The notes under the pieces are model-generated. The model saw only the letters and a list, made by a program, of their open reading frames with translations. It was not told the origin of the DNA and did not search any database. A stretch of DNA of 64,000 nt, from NCBI GenBank assembly GCA_964016885.1, contig OZ024740.1:113522001-113586000 (forward strand), written 5' to 3'. Positions 1-13,488 of the stretch are shown piece by piece (position 1 is the first letter of the stretch; every line of letters begins with the position of its first letter). Source of the DNA: Eledone cirrhosa. Its lineage: Eukaryota. Both the position numbers and the translations under genes were made by a program.

Positions 1-874
1 AGCCATGCATTTCCCAACGGTGGTAGTGCAGTAAGACAATGAATCAAGAAAGCAGAAGCTATCTAAGGTTATGGCCTGTCTTTCAAACTTCTCCAAGTGC
101 ATTTCTGCTGACATCTATACATCAGAAATGTATTTAAACTACCGAAGGATGTTAAAAGTACCAATTATTATTATTAACAAAAGTAAAATTACAAAAGAAA
201 TCTATAACAGTAAAAGCGATCCCCCCCCCCCCCAAAAAAAAAAATAGACTGCGTAGTTATGTATATTTTAAATTTTAATTTTGTATTGTTAATTGTAATA
301 CTATTTGCATGTTTGTTACTGTTGTTGCTGTAATCGTTTATTACAAATATTTCATCATTACAACTACAAAAAGAAAATAATAATAATAATTGAAAAATAT
401 GCATTGATGACACTAGCGCTTTATAGGAAACATTTACAGAAATGTGGTAATGAATCAATTGAATTCTTTTACTTAAAGCGTTGGGAAATAATACCGAAGA
501 AATGAAAGAGAATCTTTATGAACGCAATGAACGAAAATAGAATAATTATTACAATATCACTATACATTAACAATCAGATGTATCTAAAAATATACATTGA
601 ATTCACAAGGAGACAAATATAGTTTAGTTGTGTGTATTCAATCAAATTTACTCAATCACAAAGTAACACTCCAAGAGATTTCTTCGAATGTAATAAAACA
701 GCGACATATTTAAAGAAATATTCCTCAATTGAAATACAGTTACATGTATTATTACAACACAATTGCTTAGTTATATGAGAGGATGTTTCTTCTCTTCTAA
801 ATGTAATATCTAAAACTTTTTACCTTCAAAAACGAAAACACATGTATATATGCGGTGGGGGGAATTATTTGTAT

Positions 875-1017
<143 letters not shown>

Positions 1018-1719
1018 TACACACACACACACACATATATATATATAAATATGAAATATATATATCCATACATAAAATATTCTTCGGAGTATTAACATCG
1101 AATATGAATCTCAATTGTGTTATCATAACAAGAACATAGACAGTGCAACATTTTGATATGTGAAAAGAACTATATTTTTAAACTCAATTCTATAAAACTA
1201 TATAATCAAATGCCAATTGTTTGGGAACACAGATATTTGATAACATTTAGAATGTATTTGATGAAAGGAGATATTATTTATGAATCCAAACCAATACATA
1301 TTTCAACACACTTTTATAAGGTATGTGGAATTAGAACATAAATAACGAAGTCTTAAAACAATATAAATTCACACTGCCACGGCTTCTGCTAAATTTAAGT
1401 GTATATGTTTTGTTCATGGACGGCATGATATGTCGTGGAGTGAAATATTTAAATGTAACATAGAACATGTGACCTTCGCTCACTGCGGAGTTTAAACAGT
1501 TAAATATAAAGAAATATATCCAATTATTCACTGAATCACATATAAGCTATGCTGGTGCAATCACGTATTCATATCAGAAATTGAATTTTTATAGAACTTA
1601 AACTTATCCGCAGTCGTTGTAATATCACTCATTCTAACCATTCTTTTCTTTTCTCTGTATGCAATCTTAAATACTTATATACACACACAAAGACACACAC
1701 ACATACATATTATATATAT

Positions 1720-1802
<83 letters not shown>

Positions 1803-1915
1803 AAGATATATCAGGATTAAACCAACAGAGTACGCGATACATGAGATAGTAGTGCGATTATAGTAGAGAGCCAGGGCCTGATGGCTGGACTGGTGTAATT
1901 CCTTAAAGGTTTATT

Positions 1916-1973
1916 ATACTATGAACATTTCAATGACCGTGTTCAGTATGAATCCGGTGACATCATCAGGTAT
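1916..1973 (-). ncRNA. Type I hammerhead ribozyme in a short PLE-like element (~1820-2075)
   Basis: Minus strand reads atac-CTGATGA-tgtcaccg..cggtcatt-GAAA-tgttca-TA-gtat followed by aataaa. Stem I is atac/gtat. Confidence 0.75.
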
Positions 1974-2099
1974 TCGAAATTTAATAAAGGAATATAATCC
2001 ATGGGGCTGAAAGGGCAGCGAGACAAGAAGGCGGCCACACATTTAGCAGTTTCTAGTTCGGTCGGCCGCCTTCAAGTATATAATATATATATTTATATA

Positions 2100-2229
2100 T
2101 AGGAAAAAGTATGACCCCGACGGCAGAGCTCAAGCCGTTTCGACGACTATTTCCCACTCTACTACCCTAAGTATTGAGTACTCTGGTGCGTTATGGTCCA
2201 TCTGGTTCCTTACCACAATTCCTTTGTTA
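2100..2229 (+). mobile_element. PLE-like 3' tail with inverted hammerhead half, same family as 52608-52800
   Basis: Near-identical to both arms of 52608-52800, flanked by (TA)n, with tail hairpin actc..ttgagt. Confidence 0.7.
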
Positions 2230-2230
2230 C

Positions 2231-2261
<31 letters not shown>

Positions 2262-2343
2262 GGTGTGGAAACGACTGTTCGTAACTGCACTGTCATTGTT
2301 TTTACTTTTTTACTTTTCCAACGCACGCACACACACACACACA

Positions 2344-2429
<86 letters not shown>

Positions 2430-2859
2430 CATATATACATCTATACATAACTATATATATGCATACATGCACTCATACATACTTACAGTCAACGCGATTA
2501 GTCGCATATTTTGGCGTGGGAGACTATTTATTAAATTTAAGATGAATACTATCTCCGACAGTAATGCCACAACTACAGTCATGTTGAATAACTGGTTATT
2601 CTTCTAACTATCGCTTCTGAAGACACCTTTTATTCGAATTCGTAGAGATATCCGACTAAATACATAATTCATTTTACAAGGATTTGCTACAAACAGCATG
2701 GCTGAACACAATATCAACAACAAAATTATGGAAGTACCGAAGACAAATAACAAGGAAGGTAATCAAACTTTATTCAGTTGTAGCTACAGAAGAAACCGAA
2801 ATTATAAATCGCATTATAAATCGAAATTATAATTCGCATTAAGTTGCGAACTTAATAAT

Positions 2860-3230
2860 GATTGATTTAATTGTTATAAAATGGCAAAAAATAATCCCTC
2901 CATTGGCTATATAAATAGAATGAAGCTACACTGGGTGGAAATGCACCCAGAGCTAAATTATTTCGCAGCGAAACAATTACGCCAACAAGCGACGTTTGTT
3001 GAACGTAAACATAAGATAAATATTATTAATTGTAAGTCCCCAACAACAAACATGTTATCAACAACACGTGCTACAGGTCGCCATGCTACTAGACTTCCTA
3101 GCAGCCAGGTCGAACAGCGCCTTGAAACAACTATGCCTGTAAGAAACTTGACACCACCTCTACCATCTAAGTTTACCTCGAATGCTGGGGAAAACACTAT
3201 CGATTATAATAATAATCGAATAAATGTGAC
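2860..3230 (+). pseudogene. Decayed N-terminus of an R4/Dong-type retrotransposon ORF
   Basis: GYINRMKLHW..KQLRQQATFV aligns by eye with GYRKRMHNIW..QKLAGQARVI in ORF 11237-11812. Confidence 0.55.
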
Positions 3231-3529
3231 ACCACGTGTCATATACACATTTACATATACAAATCATATACACATGTACACATGCAACTCAAAACATACA
3301 CATCCACACATACAATAACATCCGTATCTACACATTCATGCATACATACATATCTACCTAGTTGATGTTGTGTAAATTCCAATGAGAGAGTCCTGTGTCT
3401 ATGTTAGAAACCGACTCTCTCTCTATTTGTAAAACTTTGTGAAATTATAAAACCAGAAGAACATGCATTCATACATACATACGCACTCATATATACATGT
3501 ATGTATGCATGTGTCTGAATAAGGGTATA

Positions 3530-3743
3530 CAAGGGTCCGCTGACAGGTTCATAGGCTGAAAAGTTCATAAGCTGACCAATATACTCTAATGGAATGACCA
3601 AATGAGTTCTACATTTCAACATAGCGCATGGAAAGTAAATATGCAGTTATTAATAAGAAGAGTTGAAATTAATGTATACACGATTTCCCAGCTTGAGCAT
3701 CACTCCTTCATAATCACCCTATGAACATTTCAGCCGACCCTCG
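3530..3743. mobile_element. Mariner-like MITE
   Basis: Imperfect TIRs caagggtccgctgacaggttcatagg / cctatgaacatttcagccgaccctcg, with TA on the left flank. Confidence 0.55.
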
Positions 3744-3806
3744 CATATATGTATGCATATTCATTCACTGACACTCACGCTCCCATTAACATACAAACAT
3801 CCCCCG

Positions 3807-3846
<40 letters not shown>

Positions 3847-3849
<3 letters not shown>

Positions 3850-4018
3850 TTAATATAGATGAGATTCTACAGGACTAGAACTGTTTCATTCTTTAGAAAT
3901 CATCAGGAAGGAAACAGTTCTAGTCCTGTAGAATCTCATCTATATTTAAACTTTTATACTCTGCTATGTATTGAGTACCTTCCTTACTGTGGTTACCTCC
4001 TATTCAACCCGGAATAAC

Positions 4019-4020
<2 letters not shown>
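3847..4020. mobile_element. Fold-back PLE-like mini-element in (TA)n, with hammerhead at 3865-3909 (minus)
   Basis: Inverted repeat 3847-3887/3911-3951. Minus strand reads ttc-CTGATGA-tttctaaagaat-GAAA-cag..ctg-TA-gaa. Tail tactc..ttgagta. Same family as 53613-53749. Confidence 0.8.
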
Positions 4021-4052
<32 letters not shown>

Positions 4053-4448
4053 AATTAGACAATTATCAAAGTTGGGTTCAAATCATTTAATAGCTGACAA
4101 TCGTTTCTTCCAAATTTTCGTTTGGAGTCATCGGAGCATTATCAATGTTTGAACATATAATTAACCTCCTATACAACAGAACAATCATATATATACATAT
4201 ATACTGATGTTGTGAGCAACAGTTTCGTATGTATAGGGTGGACTGGATGCGATATATATCATACGAGAATTATACAATAATTCAAATTAAAAGCACAGCA
4301 TGGAATACATGCAACAGATAATACAAGAGAATAGTCTAATAATTGAAGAGTCATTGAAAAAGAAGCATTGAGAGAGGAATAGTACATTAGCAGTACATAT
4401 GCAAGCGTGTAGGAAGTACACATGCGTTAGCCATATATATGAGAAGGA

Positions 4449-4646
4449 AATCATCAACATCATCAGGACGAGCTTGTTCGGCTTTCTACAACACGTTTCC
4501 TCCATCCATCTCTGTCTCTCATAGCGTTTGCCAGTTCTTCCGCAGTGCATCCAGTATCGTCCTCAAGTTGCTTGACGTATGTCTTCTTGGGACGACCAGC
4601 GCTTCTTGCTCCATGAGATGGACTCCATAACAACACATCACCTGCA
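4449..4646 (-). mobile_element. RTE-clade LINE 3' fragment inside the PLE-like element
   Basis: Minus strand translates as DVLLWSPSHGARSAGRPKKTYVKQLEDDTG..MRDRDGWRKRV, followed by a (GAT)n-like tail. Confidence 0.75.
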
Positions 4647-5644
4647 TATATAGATAAGTAAATACTGTATGGTAAGCAAATATGTTAATGTATTAAAATC
4701 TAGGGCGCACGTAATATGTTGATAGTGTTCGAATTTGTGTGTGTGGAGAAAAACAAAGTTACTGCAGTCCTTACCATTGCATATGTTGAATTATATTTTA
4801 GTTAATGTTTATATTGAATGTTTTAAGTTAGTTAAAGCAATGGATTGTAAATTAGTCTTATTGTATTCTTACTCCTGGATTAGTGTTTTTCAACAGGTAG
4901 TTTTTCCAACGGTTTAATTTCCGGAAGTGAGTATGTGATCCAAGATTAAGAGGAGCTAATGCGTAAGGGGAGGTAACTAGCTAATAAATTCAATTATTTA
5001 AATTCTTTGCTCTAATACACATTATATTGTGATACAAGTGAATCTCTATTACATAATGTTATATATTTATACTTAATTTTAAATACAGTGTATTTTCCTA
5101 TAATACATTAAAGGTCTCTTTAGATTGTTATCTATTCATTACTGGACAAGATATATGTTATGGAAAAATTGTATAGCTGTTTACATGTCCAAGTAGTTAT
5201 ATCATTTGTGTAATAATATACATTATTGTGTTAAAAGTTAATCCCTTATATATACAATGCTATTACTTTATATATTTAATTATGAATGCATAAATACTTT
5301 ATTATTATTATATTGTGTTAAAAGTAAATCCCTTATATACATGATATTAATTTAAATATTTAATTATAAATGTATATATAATTTTTTATTACATATTACA
5401 TTAAATGTCTCTACATATTATACATCCATTACTGTATATAATACACCTAAGCTATATTAGTTATATCAAAAGTTGGTAACTTTATGCTTATTCTAACAGT
5501 TATTGTAGAGTATAGGGTTAGAGATAAATAGGAGTTGTGTAGAGGAAAGAGTTGATCAAAGAGTGTGTTGCTGTGGGGGCTGATAAGTCCTAGATGTGAA
5601 GTGTTAATGGTGATGAGGAATTCAAATCTGACATTGTTATATAC

Positions 5645-6030
5645 TAGCAGCTAGGTTTAAAGTTATGGAACGAGTGTCGGTAGTGGTACTGGCATAAGGA
5701 AACTATCTGTGACTTTCTATTTAGGAGCTCTAGTTTCGAAAAGATTATAGTACGGTTCTCTAGAAGATAGATTACACAATTTAGTAGGTGGTTTATACGA
5801 TGTGGCCCTACCTACTACTTCCCATTGAAGTGTAAATGGTCTATTCCTAGTTTTCAGAGAGTGTACATAGCTAGATACGACTCTTTAATTATTGGACTAT
5901 TCTCTTGTATTATCTGTTGCATGTATTCCACTCTGTGCTTTTAATTTGAATTATTGTATAATTCTCGTATGATATATGTCGCATCCAGTACACCCTATAA
6001 ATACGAAACTGTTGCTCACAACATCAATAT
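5645..6030 (-). pseudogene. Frameshifted PLE-type GIY-YIG endonuclease
   Basis: By-eye translation: FVFIGCTG ... VSSYVHSLKTRNRPFTLQWEVVGRATSYKPPTKLCNLSSRE / LLNRKSQIVSLCQYH, colinear with ORF 33333-33773. Confidence 0.75.
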
Positions 6031-6330
6031 ATATGTATCTATATGATTGTTCAGTTGAATAGGAGGTTAATTGTATGTACAAACATTGATAATGCTCCGA
6101 TGACTCCAAACGAAAATTTGGAAGAAACGATTGTCAGCTATTAAATGATTTGAACACAACTTTGATAATTGTCTAATTTATTTTCCTGATCTGTAAAACA
6201 ACTTATATTCATACATTGAGCTATTTCTCTTACTTGTAATAAGGTAGTAGAAATTACTGACCTTTCTTGTTTATAGTTGTTTATAGTATATACATAACTA
6301 TTATTATTATTATTATTATTATTGTTGTTA

Positions 6331-7680
6331 TTCCTTGAATCTCAGTCATTGATGTTGGTTAACTGGAAAGTCCGTTGGATTGAATATCAAGCCACTACCT
6401 GCAGCCTCAGATATTCAGGAGGTATCGGAGGGTTCTTGCTGTTCCAAGCAAGCATGCCCTTTGAAGCGTTCCAAAAAGCGTGAAGGGGCCGATTTTCTTT
6501 AACCATCCCTGGAAACTTTTGGAGATAGTCCCCAGTGCGCCTATGACAATCGGGATCACTTTGACTTCATGGCAGTTCCAAATCCTTTTCACCTCCCACT
6601 TTAGGTCCTGGTATCGGTTAATTTTCCCCCTCTCCTTCTCTTGCACTCTCGTGTCGAACGGGCAGGCCACATCCACAATCAGACACGATCTTTTTTCTTT
6701 GTCCACAACCACCAGGTCAGGTCTATTGTGTTCCAGTTTTTTGTCCGTCTGTATCCTAAAATCCCACAGCACCTTCACCTGATTGTTCTCCATCACCGCC
6801 TCTGGCCTATGCTCATACCATTTCTCAGAATGTGGTAAATTGTTTACTTTGCACAGGTGCCAGTGGATCACCCTGCCCATCACATCGTGTCTCCAGCCCT
6901 TATAGTGGGTCTGGGCTAGGTGTTTACACTCGGACACAATGTGAGCCACAGTCTCCTCTCTCTCTCCACAGATCCTGCACAGTGGGCTAGCCTCCTCCTT
7001 GTAAATATGGTGCTTCAACCACTTCGTTTTGAGGGCCTGCTCCTGCGCAGCCATTAGCATTCCTTCTGTAGCCTTTTTGAGGTCTCCTCTTCTCAACCAG
7101 TTCCATGTCTGTGGATCTCTAAATTCAGTTTTCTCAAAGAAGGTACTATGAAGGGATTTTCCCTTAAGGCTGCTCTTCCTCCTTGATGTTATTTCCTCCT
7201 TGGACATCCCCTGGCCTACTGTCCCCTCCTTCAGTACAGTTCTGAGCATTGGCTCCTTACTATAGGTCACGTATTTGTATAGGTTGGTTTTCTCCATCTG
7301 AACACAGTCCTCTATGCTGATAAGACCTCTTCCACCCTCAGATCTCCTTAGGTAGAGTCTATCGACATCACTCCTCTTGTGGAACATGTTGTAGATAGTC
7401 AATAGCTTCCTAGTCTTCCTATCCATTTCTTTTTGTTCAGCAACATTCCATCTCAGAATTCCCGCACTGTACCTAATAATAGACACAGCTCGGGAATTTA
7501 CTGCGCTTATGGCATTTCTGCTGTTCAGATGTGACTTCAATACGCTCCTTACTCTCCGAATGTATTCAGTTCTTAACAATTCCTTCATTTTCTTTTTTTT
7601 TTTGTTCTTTATGCTATCAGCCTCCAGAACGCCCAAATACTTGTATCCTTCCTCAGAGTCAATTTCCTTTATCATCTCAC
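6331..7680 (-). mobile_element. R4/Dong-type RLE non-LTR retrotransposon, family A, 5'-truncated
   Basis: ORF 6407-7675 has the RT thumb, CCHC (CRICGEREETVAHIVSEC), RHD and PD..D restriction-like endonuclease motifs. It ends in (TAA)n. Confidence 0.9.
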
Positions 7681-7930
7681 TGAGTCTCAGTCATTGATGT
7701 TAGTTAACTGGAAAGTTTGTTGAAATGAATATCAAGCCACTACCTGCAGCCTCAGATATTCAGGACGTATCGGAGGATTCTTGCTGTTCCCAGCAAGCAT
7801 GCCCTTTGAAGCGTTCCAAAAAGCGTGAAGGGGCCAATTTTTTTTAACCATCCCTGGAAACTTTTTGAGATAGTCCCTAGTGGGCCTATGACTATCGGGA
7901 TCACTTTGACTTCATGGCAGTTTCAAATCC

Positions 7931-7964
<34 letters not shown>

Positions 7965-8248
7965 GTTGTTATTCCTTGAATCTCAGTCATTGATGTTGGT
8001 TAACTGGAAAGTCCGTTGGAATGAATATCAAGCCACTACCTGCAGCCTCAGATATTCAGGACGTATCGAGTCAATTTCCTTTATCATCTCACCTGTTGGT
8101 ATCTGGATCCCGTTACTTCTGCTCAACCTACCCCTCCTCATCACAATGACTCCACATTTACTAATACCAAACTGCATACATATATCACTGCTGAAAATAC
8201 GGACAGTGTCAACAAGCACATCCAACTCCTTCTCACTTTTCCCGAAGA
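7681..8248 (-). mobile_element. Two short family-A Dong fragments (7681-7932 and internally deleted 7973-8248)
   Basis: Repeats of the family A 3' UTR and ORF end, separated by (TTA)n. Confidence 0.85.
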
Positions 8249-8250
8249 GC

Positions 8251-8303
<53 letters not shown>

Positions 8304-8310
8304 GTTATTA

Positions 8311-11300
8311 CTCTTTGAGTCACAGTCATTGATGTTAGTTAACTGGAAAGTTTGTTGAAATGAATATCAAACCACTACCTGCAGCCTCAGATATTCAGGA
8401 CGTATGGAGGGTTCTTGCTCTTCCCAGCAAGCATGCCTTTTGAAGCGCTCCAAAAAGCGTGAAGGGGCCAATTTTCTTTACCCATCCCTGGAAACTTTTT
8501 GAGATAGTCCCTATTGAGCTTATGACAATCGGGATCACTTTCACTTCATGGCAGTTCCAAATCCTTTTTACCTCCCACTTTAAGTCCTGGTATCGGTTAA
8601 TTTTCTCCCTCTCCTTCTCTTGCACTCTCGTGTCGAATGGGCAGGCCACATTCACAATCAGGCACGATCTTTTTTTTTCGTCCAAAACCACCAGGTCAGG
8701 TCTATTGTGTTCCAGTTTCTTGTCCGTCTGTATCCTAAAATCCCACAGCACCTTCACCTGATCGTTTTCTATCACCGCCTCTGGCTTATGCTCATACCAC
8801 TTCTCAGAATGTGGTAAATTGTTTACTTTGCATAGGTGCCAGTGGATCACCCTGCCCATCATATCATGTCTCCAGCCCTTATAGTGAGTCTGGGCTAGGT
8901 GTTTACACTCGGATACAATGTGATCCACAGTCTCCTCTCTCAACAGATCCTGCACAGTGGGCTAGCTTCCTCCTTGTAAATATGGTGTTTCAACCACTTC
9001 GTTTTGAGGGTCTGTTCCTGCGCAGCCATTAACATTCCTTCTGTAGCCTTTTAAAGGTCTCCTCTTTTCAACCAGTTCCATGTCTGTGGATCTCTAAATT
9101 CAGTTCTCTCAAAGAAGGTACTATGAAGGGATTTTTCCTGAAGGCTGCTCTTTCTCCTTGATGTTATCTCCTCCTTGGACATCCCCTGGCCTATTGTCCC
9201 CTCCTTCAGTACAGTTCTGATCATTGGCTCCTTACTATCAGTCACGTATTTGTGTAGGTTGTTTTTCTTCATCTGAACACAGTCCTCTATGCTGATAAGA
9301 CCTCTTCCACCCTCAGATCTCCTTAAGTAGAGTCTATCGACATCACTCCTCTTGTGGAACATGTTGTAGATAGTCAATAGCTTCCTAGTCTTCCTATCCA
9401 TTTCTTTCTGTTCAGCAACATTCCATCTCAGAATTCCCGCACTGTACCTAATAATAGACACAGCTCGGGAATTTACTGCACTTATGGCATTCCTACTGTT
9501 CAGATGTGACTTTAATACGCTCCTTACCCTCCGAATGTATTCAGTTCTTATCAATTCCTTCATTTTTTTTGTTCTTGATGTCATCAGCCTCCAGAACGCC
9601 CAAATACTTGTATCCTTCCTCAGAGTCAATTTCCTTTATCATCTCACCTGTTGGTATCTGGATTCCGTTACTTCTGCTCAACTTACCCCTCCTCATCACA
9701 ATGACTCCACACTTAATAATACCAAATTGCATACATATATCATTGCTGAAAATACGGACAGTGTCAACAAGCACATCCAACTCCTTCTCACTCTTCCCGA
9801 AGTGCTTAAGATCGTCCATGAAGAGGAGGTGATTGATGGTAAGCCCTCCCTTTCCCAACTTGTATCCTGCTCTCACATTTCGCAGTACACTGGTCAGGGG
9901 CATCAGGGCAAGGACAAACAACAGAGGGGACATACTATCTTCCTGGAAGATACCTCTCTTGATCTTCACGCTTCCCAAGGATTCTCCAGTTGATGTTAAC
10001 TCTGTTTCCCAGGACTTCATACTTTTGTCCAGCAACTGTCTGATGTTATCTGCCACCTTGAAGATCTCCAGGCTTTTGGTGATCCAAGAATGAGGCACCA
10101 TGTCAAATGCCTTTTTGTAGTCTATCCATCCCATGGCAAGACCAGTGTGTCTCCTCTTGCAATTCCTCATTACCATCTTATCAATAAGTAACTGGTCCTT
10201 TGTACCACGTGACTTCTTTCAGCATCCTTTCTGTTCGTCCAGTAACAAGTTGTTTGTGTGGAGGTGATGGTAGATTTCCTCAGACATAATGCTTGTCAAC
10301 AGTTTCCACATTACGGACAGACATGTGATAGGTCTATAGTTGGTAACATCATTACCCTTGATTCGGTCTTTCATTATCAGAACTGTGGTACCTTTTGTCA
10401 ACCACTCTGGTACCTCACCTGACATCAAGCAGTCATTGAACATGGTTGTCAGTTTCGGGTGGAGGGATGTTATATTTTTAATCCAATACCCCTGCAGACC
10501 ATCTGGGCCTGGTGATTTCCAGTTGGTTAGTTTTTTGGCCTGCCCCTTAAGAGTTTCAACTGTGATACTCAAATCAGTTTCTTGGTGTGCCTGTTCACTG
10601 ATCTCCTTCTGTACTGTCTCAATCCACACTGCCTGGTCATTATGTTTAACCTCCTGCTCCCATATTCCTTCTCCAGAATGTTTTAGTTTGTTGCGCCGCA
10701 GGGATCAAGTCGTTGCCTCTTTCTTTCCCTTCAAGCTGTCCAAACAACATCTACTGGTTGTTGTCGAACATGCGGTTCTGTCTATACTGACTGACTCTGT
10801 TCTCGTATCGCCTGATTTTTGCACTCTTTGCTACAATGCGTTGCTTCAGTTCCTCTATGATAATATTTAGCTTTTTCCTCCTAGTTTTGTACTTTATTTA
10901 CAGACTATTTTTAGTGTCTATGTTTTTTAGTGTCCCATTCAGTAGGGACTCAAGCTTTCCAATGTCATTTCTCATTTCCCTGATTTGACCACTCAGTCGT
11001 TTCTTCCACCAATACTCTGCTCTTTCTTGTCTGTTGTTTCCTCTCGCTTTTATACCAAGTAGTTTCCTCACCGTATTTGCTGTTGCTTTGAGGATATTGT
11101 TGCACTGGTGAAGGCTCCTCGCCTCAAGGTATGGGATGACTTTGTTTACCTTAGCTGTTGTTTCTTTTAACTTTTTCCTGTCTACAAATCTTAGGTTTCA
11201 TAGGTCTCCCACTATCATTGTGCAATTCATCTCCCACTAATTTAGGATATCAACCACGTCTTGTCCTAACCCGTCAGCATTCATCTCCTCAGTGACCGTA

Positions 11301-11850
11301 TCTCTGTTCCAGGTACTATTTATCTCAGCATTCAGATCATTGTCTGCTTCGGGTGGTTCCTCCGTTCTCTCGACCTCTTCACCTTCATTTCCCACTGGCT
11401 CGTTTGCCAGGCATACTCCACTCTCCATCTCCAAGCTAATCTCTCTGCTCAGTTCCTCCAGTTCCAGCTCGCTTATCCACCCATTAGTTCTTATTACCCG
11501 AGCCTGCCCGGCCAATTTTTGTTCATCTAATTTTAATAGACCAATCTCGTTCCAGATGTTATGCATTCGTTTCCTATAGCCTTTCTCCTTGGGGTTACTC
11601 TTCAGGTAACATTGCATAACAGTTCTATTCAATTCTTTCGTCCAGTTGGTTCTGGTCACTTTCCTTCTTCTTCTTCTTCCTCCAACACCAGCAGTATTTG
11701 GTTGACAGCCAGGTCCCTGCTGCTGAGCCAGGGAGCACCTGTTGGGTGAGAGTCTGTCACATGACATTCTAGTCTCCATTTCACCGTTATTCGAACTGTT
11801 TAGGTTCGACATTTAAACACTCTTATCGAGGATTGGCGAATGTATGGTTA
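8311..11850 (-). mobile_element. Near full-length R4/Dong-type element, family A, disrupted ORF
   Basis: Colinear ORF pieces: N-terminus (WTKELNRTVMQCY..GYRKRM), [37 protein letters not shown]. (TAA)n tail at 8251-8310. Confidence 0.92.
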
Positions 11851-12136
11851 CATAACCACCGGTGAATTCATCGTCTCCGGTGGTTTCGTCACTCCACGTG
11901 ACTTTTGTGTGGCATTATCACGCTGTAGACGAACACAAATAAACAAACAAACAAACAGGCAGAAAAAAACCCAAAAGTGAATAAGCATAAGTTTCATTGT
12001 AATGTAGTGTTTGAATGTCTGACTTAGTTTTTCCCTTCCCTTCTCTGTCCGTCTGTTTGTTTTTCTCTTCATTCTTATTTTCTTTACGTTTTTCGTTGTT
12101 GCTGTGCTGCTTTGATTTTGATTTTTGTTTTTTTGA

Positions 12137-12992
12137 TTTGACCGGGTCATCAATTCAGTCTATTTATATATTTTGATGCCTTCCTCTTTTAGTGAGAATT
12201 CTACAATGTAGCAGGGGCTAGCGGGAGAGAATAGCGGCGGTAGTGATAATGAGGCACTGGTGGTGGTGGTGGTGGTGGTAGCGGTGCTGTGCTAGCAGCA
12301 ACTAGCAGGAGGTAGTGGGAGAGAACAGCGGCGGTAGCGATAATGAGACAGTGGTGGTGGTGATGTGGTCGTATTACTGTAGTGATGGTGTTGAAGTTGG
12401 AGTAGAAATTTGAGTCGACTTGACCAGAGTTTTCATCGTGGTAGTGGTGGTGTTGTTGGTGGTGAAATTATCTTTACTGAAATTATCGTTAGTTGCGTAT
12501 ATGTGTTGACATATTTTCTTAATATTGGAATTAAACATTTTGTTCAAACTAAAACTTTATTTTTATTTTTATTTTTTTTTAATTTTGACCGGGTCATCAA
12601 TTCAGTCTATTTATATATTTTGATGCCTTTCTCTTTTAGTGGGAATTCTACAATGTAGCAGGGGGCAGCGGAAGAGAATAGCGGTGGTAGCGATAATGAG
12701 GCAGTTGTGGTGGTGGTGGTGGTGGTGGTGCTGTGCTAGCAGCAACTAGCAGGAGATAGTGGGAGAGAATAGCGGCGGTAGCGATAATAAGGCAGTGGTG
12801 ATGTGGTCGTATTACTGTAGTGATGGTGTTGAAGTTGGAGTAGAAATTTGAGTCGACTTGACCAGAGTTTTCATCGTGGTAGTGGTGGTGGTGTTGGTGG
12901 TGAAATTATCTTTAGTGAAATTATCGTTAGTGGCGTATATGTGTTGTCATATTCTTTAATATTGGAATTAAACATTTTGTTAAAACTAAAAC
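12137..12992. repeat. Tandem duplication of a ~430-450 bp GGT-rich unit
   Basis: tttgaccgggtcatcaattcagtc recurs at ~12137 and ~12584, with internal gggagagaatagcggcggtag sub-repeats. Confidence 0.85.
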
Positions 12993-13420
12993 TTGAGTCA
13001 ATAATAATAGTAATTATTATTATTATGCTGAGATTGGTGGTTTTGGTGGTGAAATTGCCGTTATCTGGCTGTTGTGTTTAGTGTACACAGAGGGGTGATG
13101 GGGTAGGTGGTGTATCTAGTATCTGATGTTGGTGAAATTGCTGTTATTTGGCTGTTCTATATAGTGTAGACAGAGGGGTTTTCTTCCATTTATAACCATT
13201 TTCATTTTTTGAATATAAAATGTATAATACACAATTGAATATTTGAGCGATATAACAATATATTATGGATCCGAAATGTTTTCGGACTCAAGCCGGATGT
13301 TTTATGTATCATTTGTACTAAGAATTGTTATTTCACAATTGATTTAAATATGTTAAAAAAATCAAAACTTACGGGAGCAATTTCACGACCTTCTATCCAC
13401 CATGTGCGTCTTCTTCCCTA

Positions 13421-13488
<68 letters not shown>

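Larger units (their letters stand above)
4051..6290. mobile_element. PLE-like element with ~300-bp inverted arms, outward-facing hammerheads and a GIY-YIG remnant
   Basis: 4051-4352 mirrors 5879-6180. Hammerheads at 4093-4137 (-) and 6094-6138 (+): gct-CCGATGA-ctccaaa..tttggaa-GAAA-cgattg-TC-agc. Tail at 6181-6290. Confidence 0.75.
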
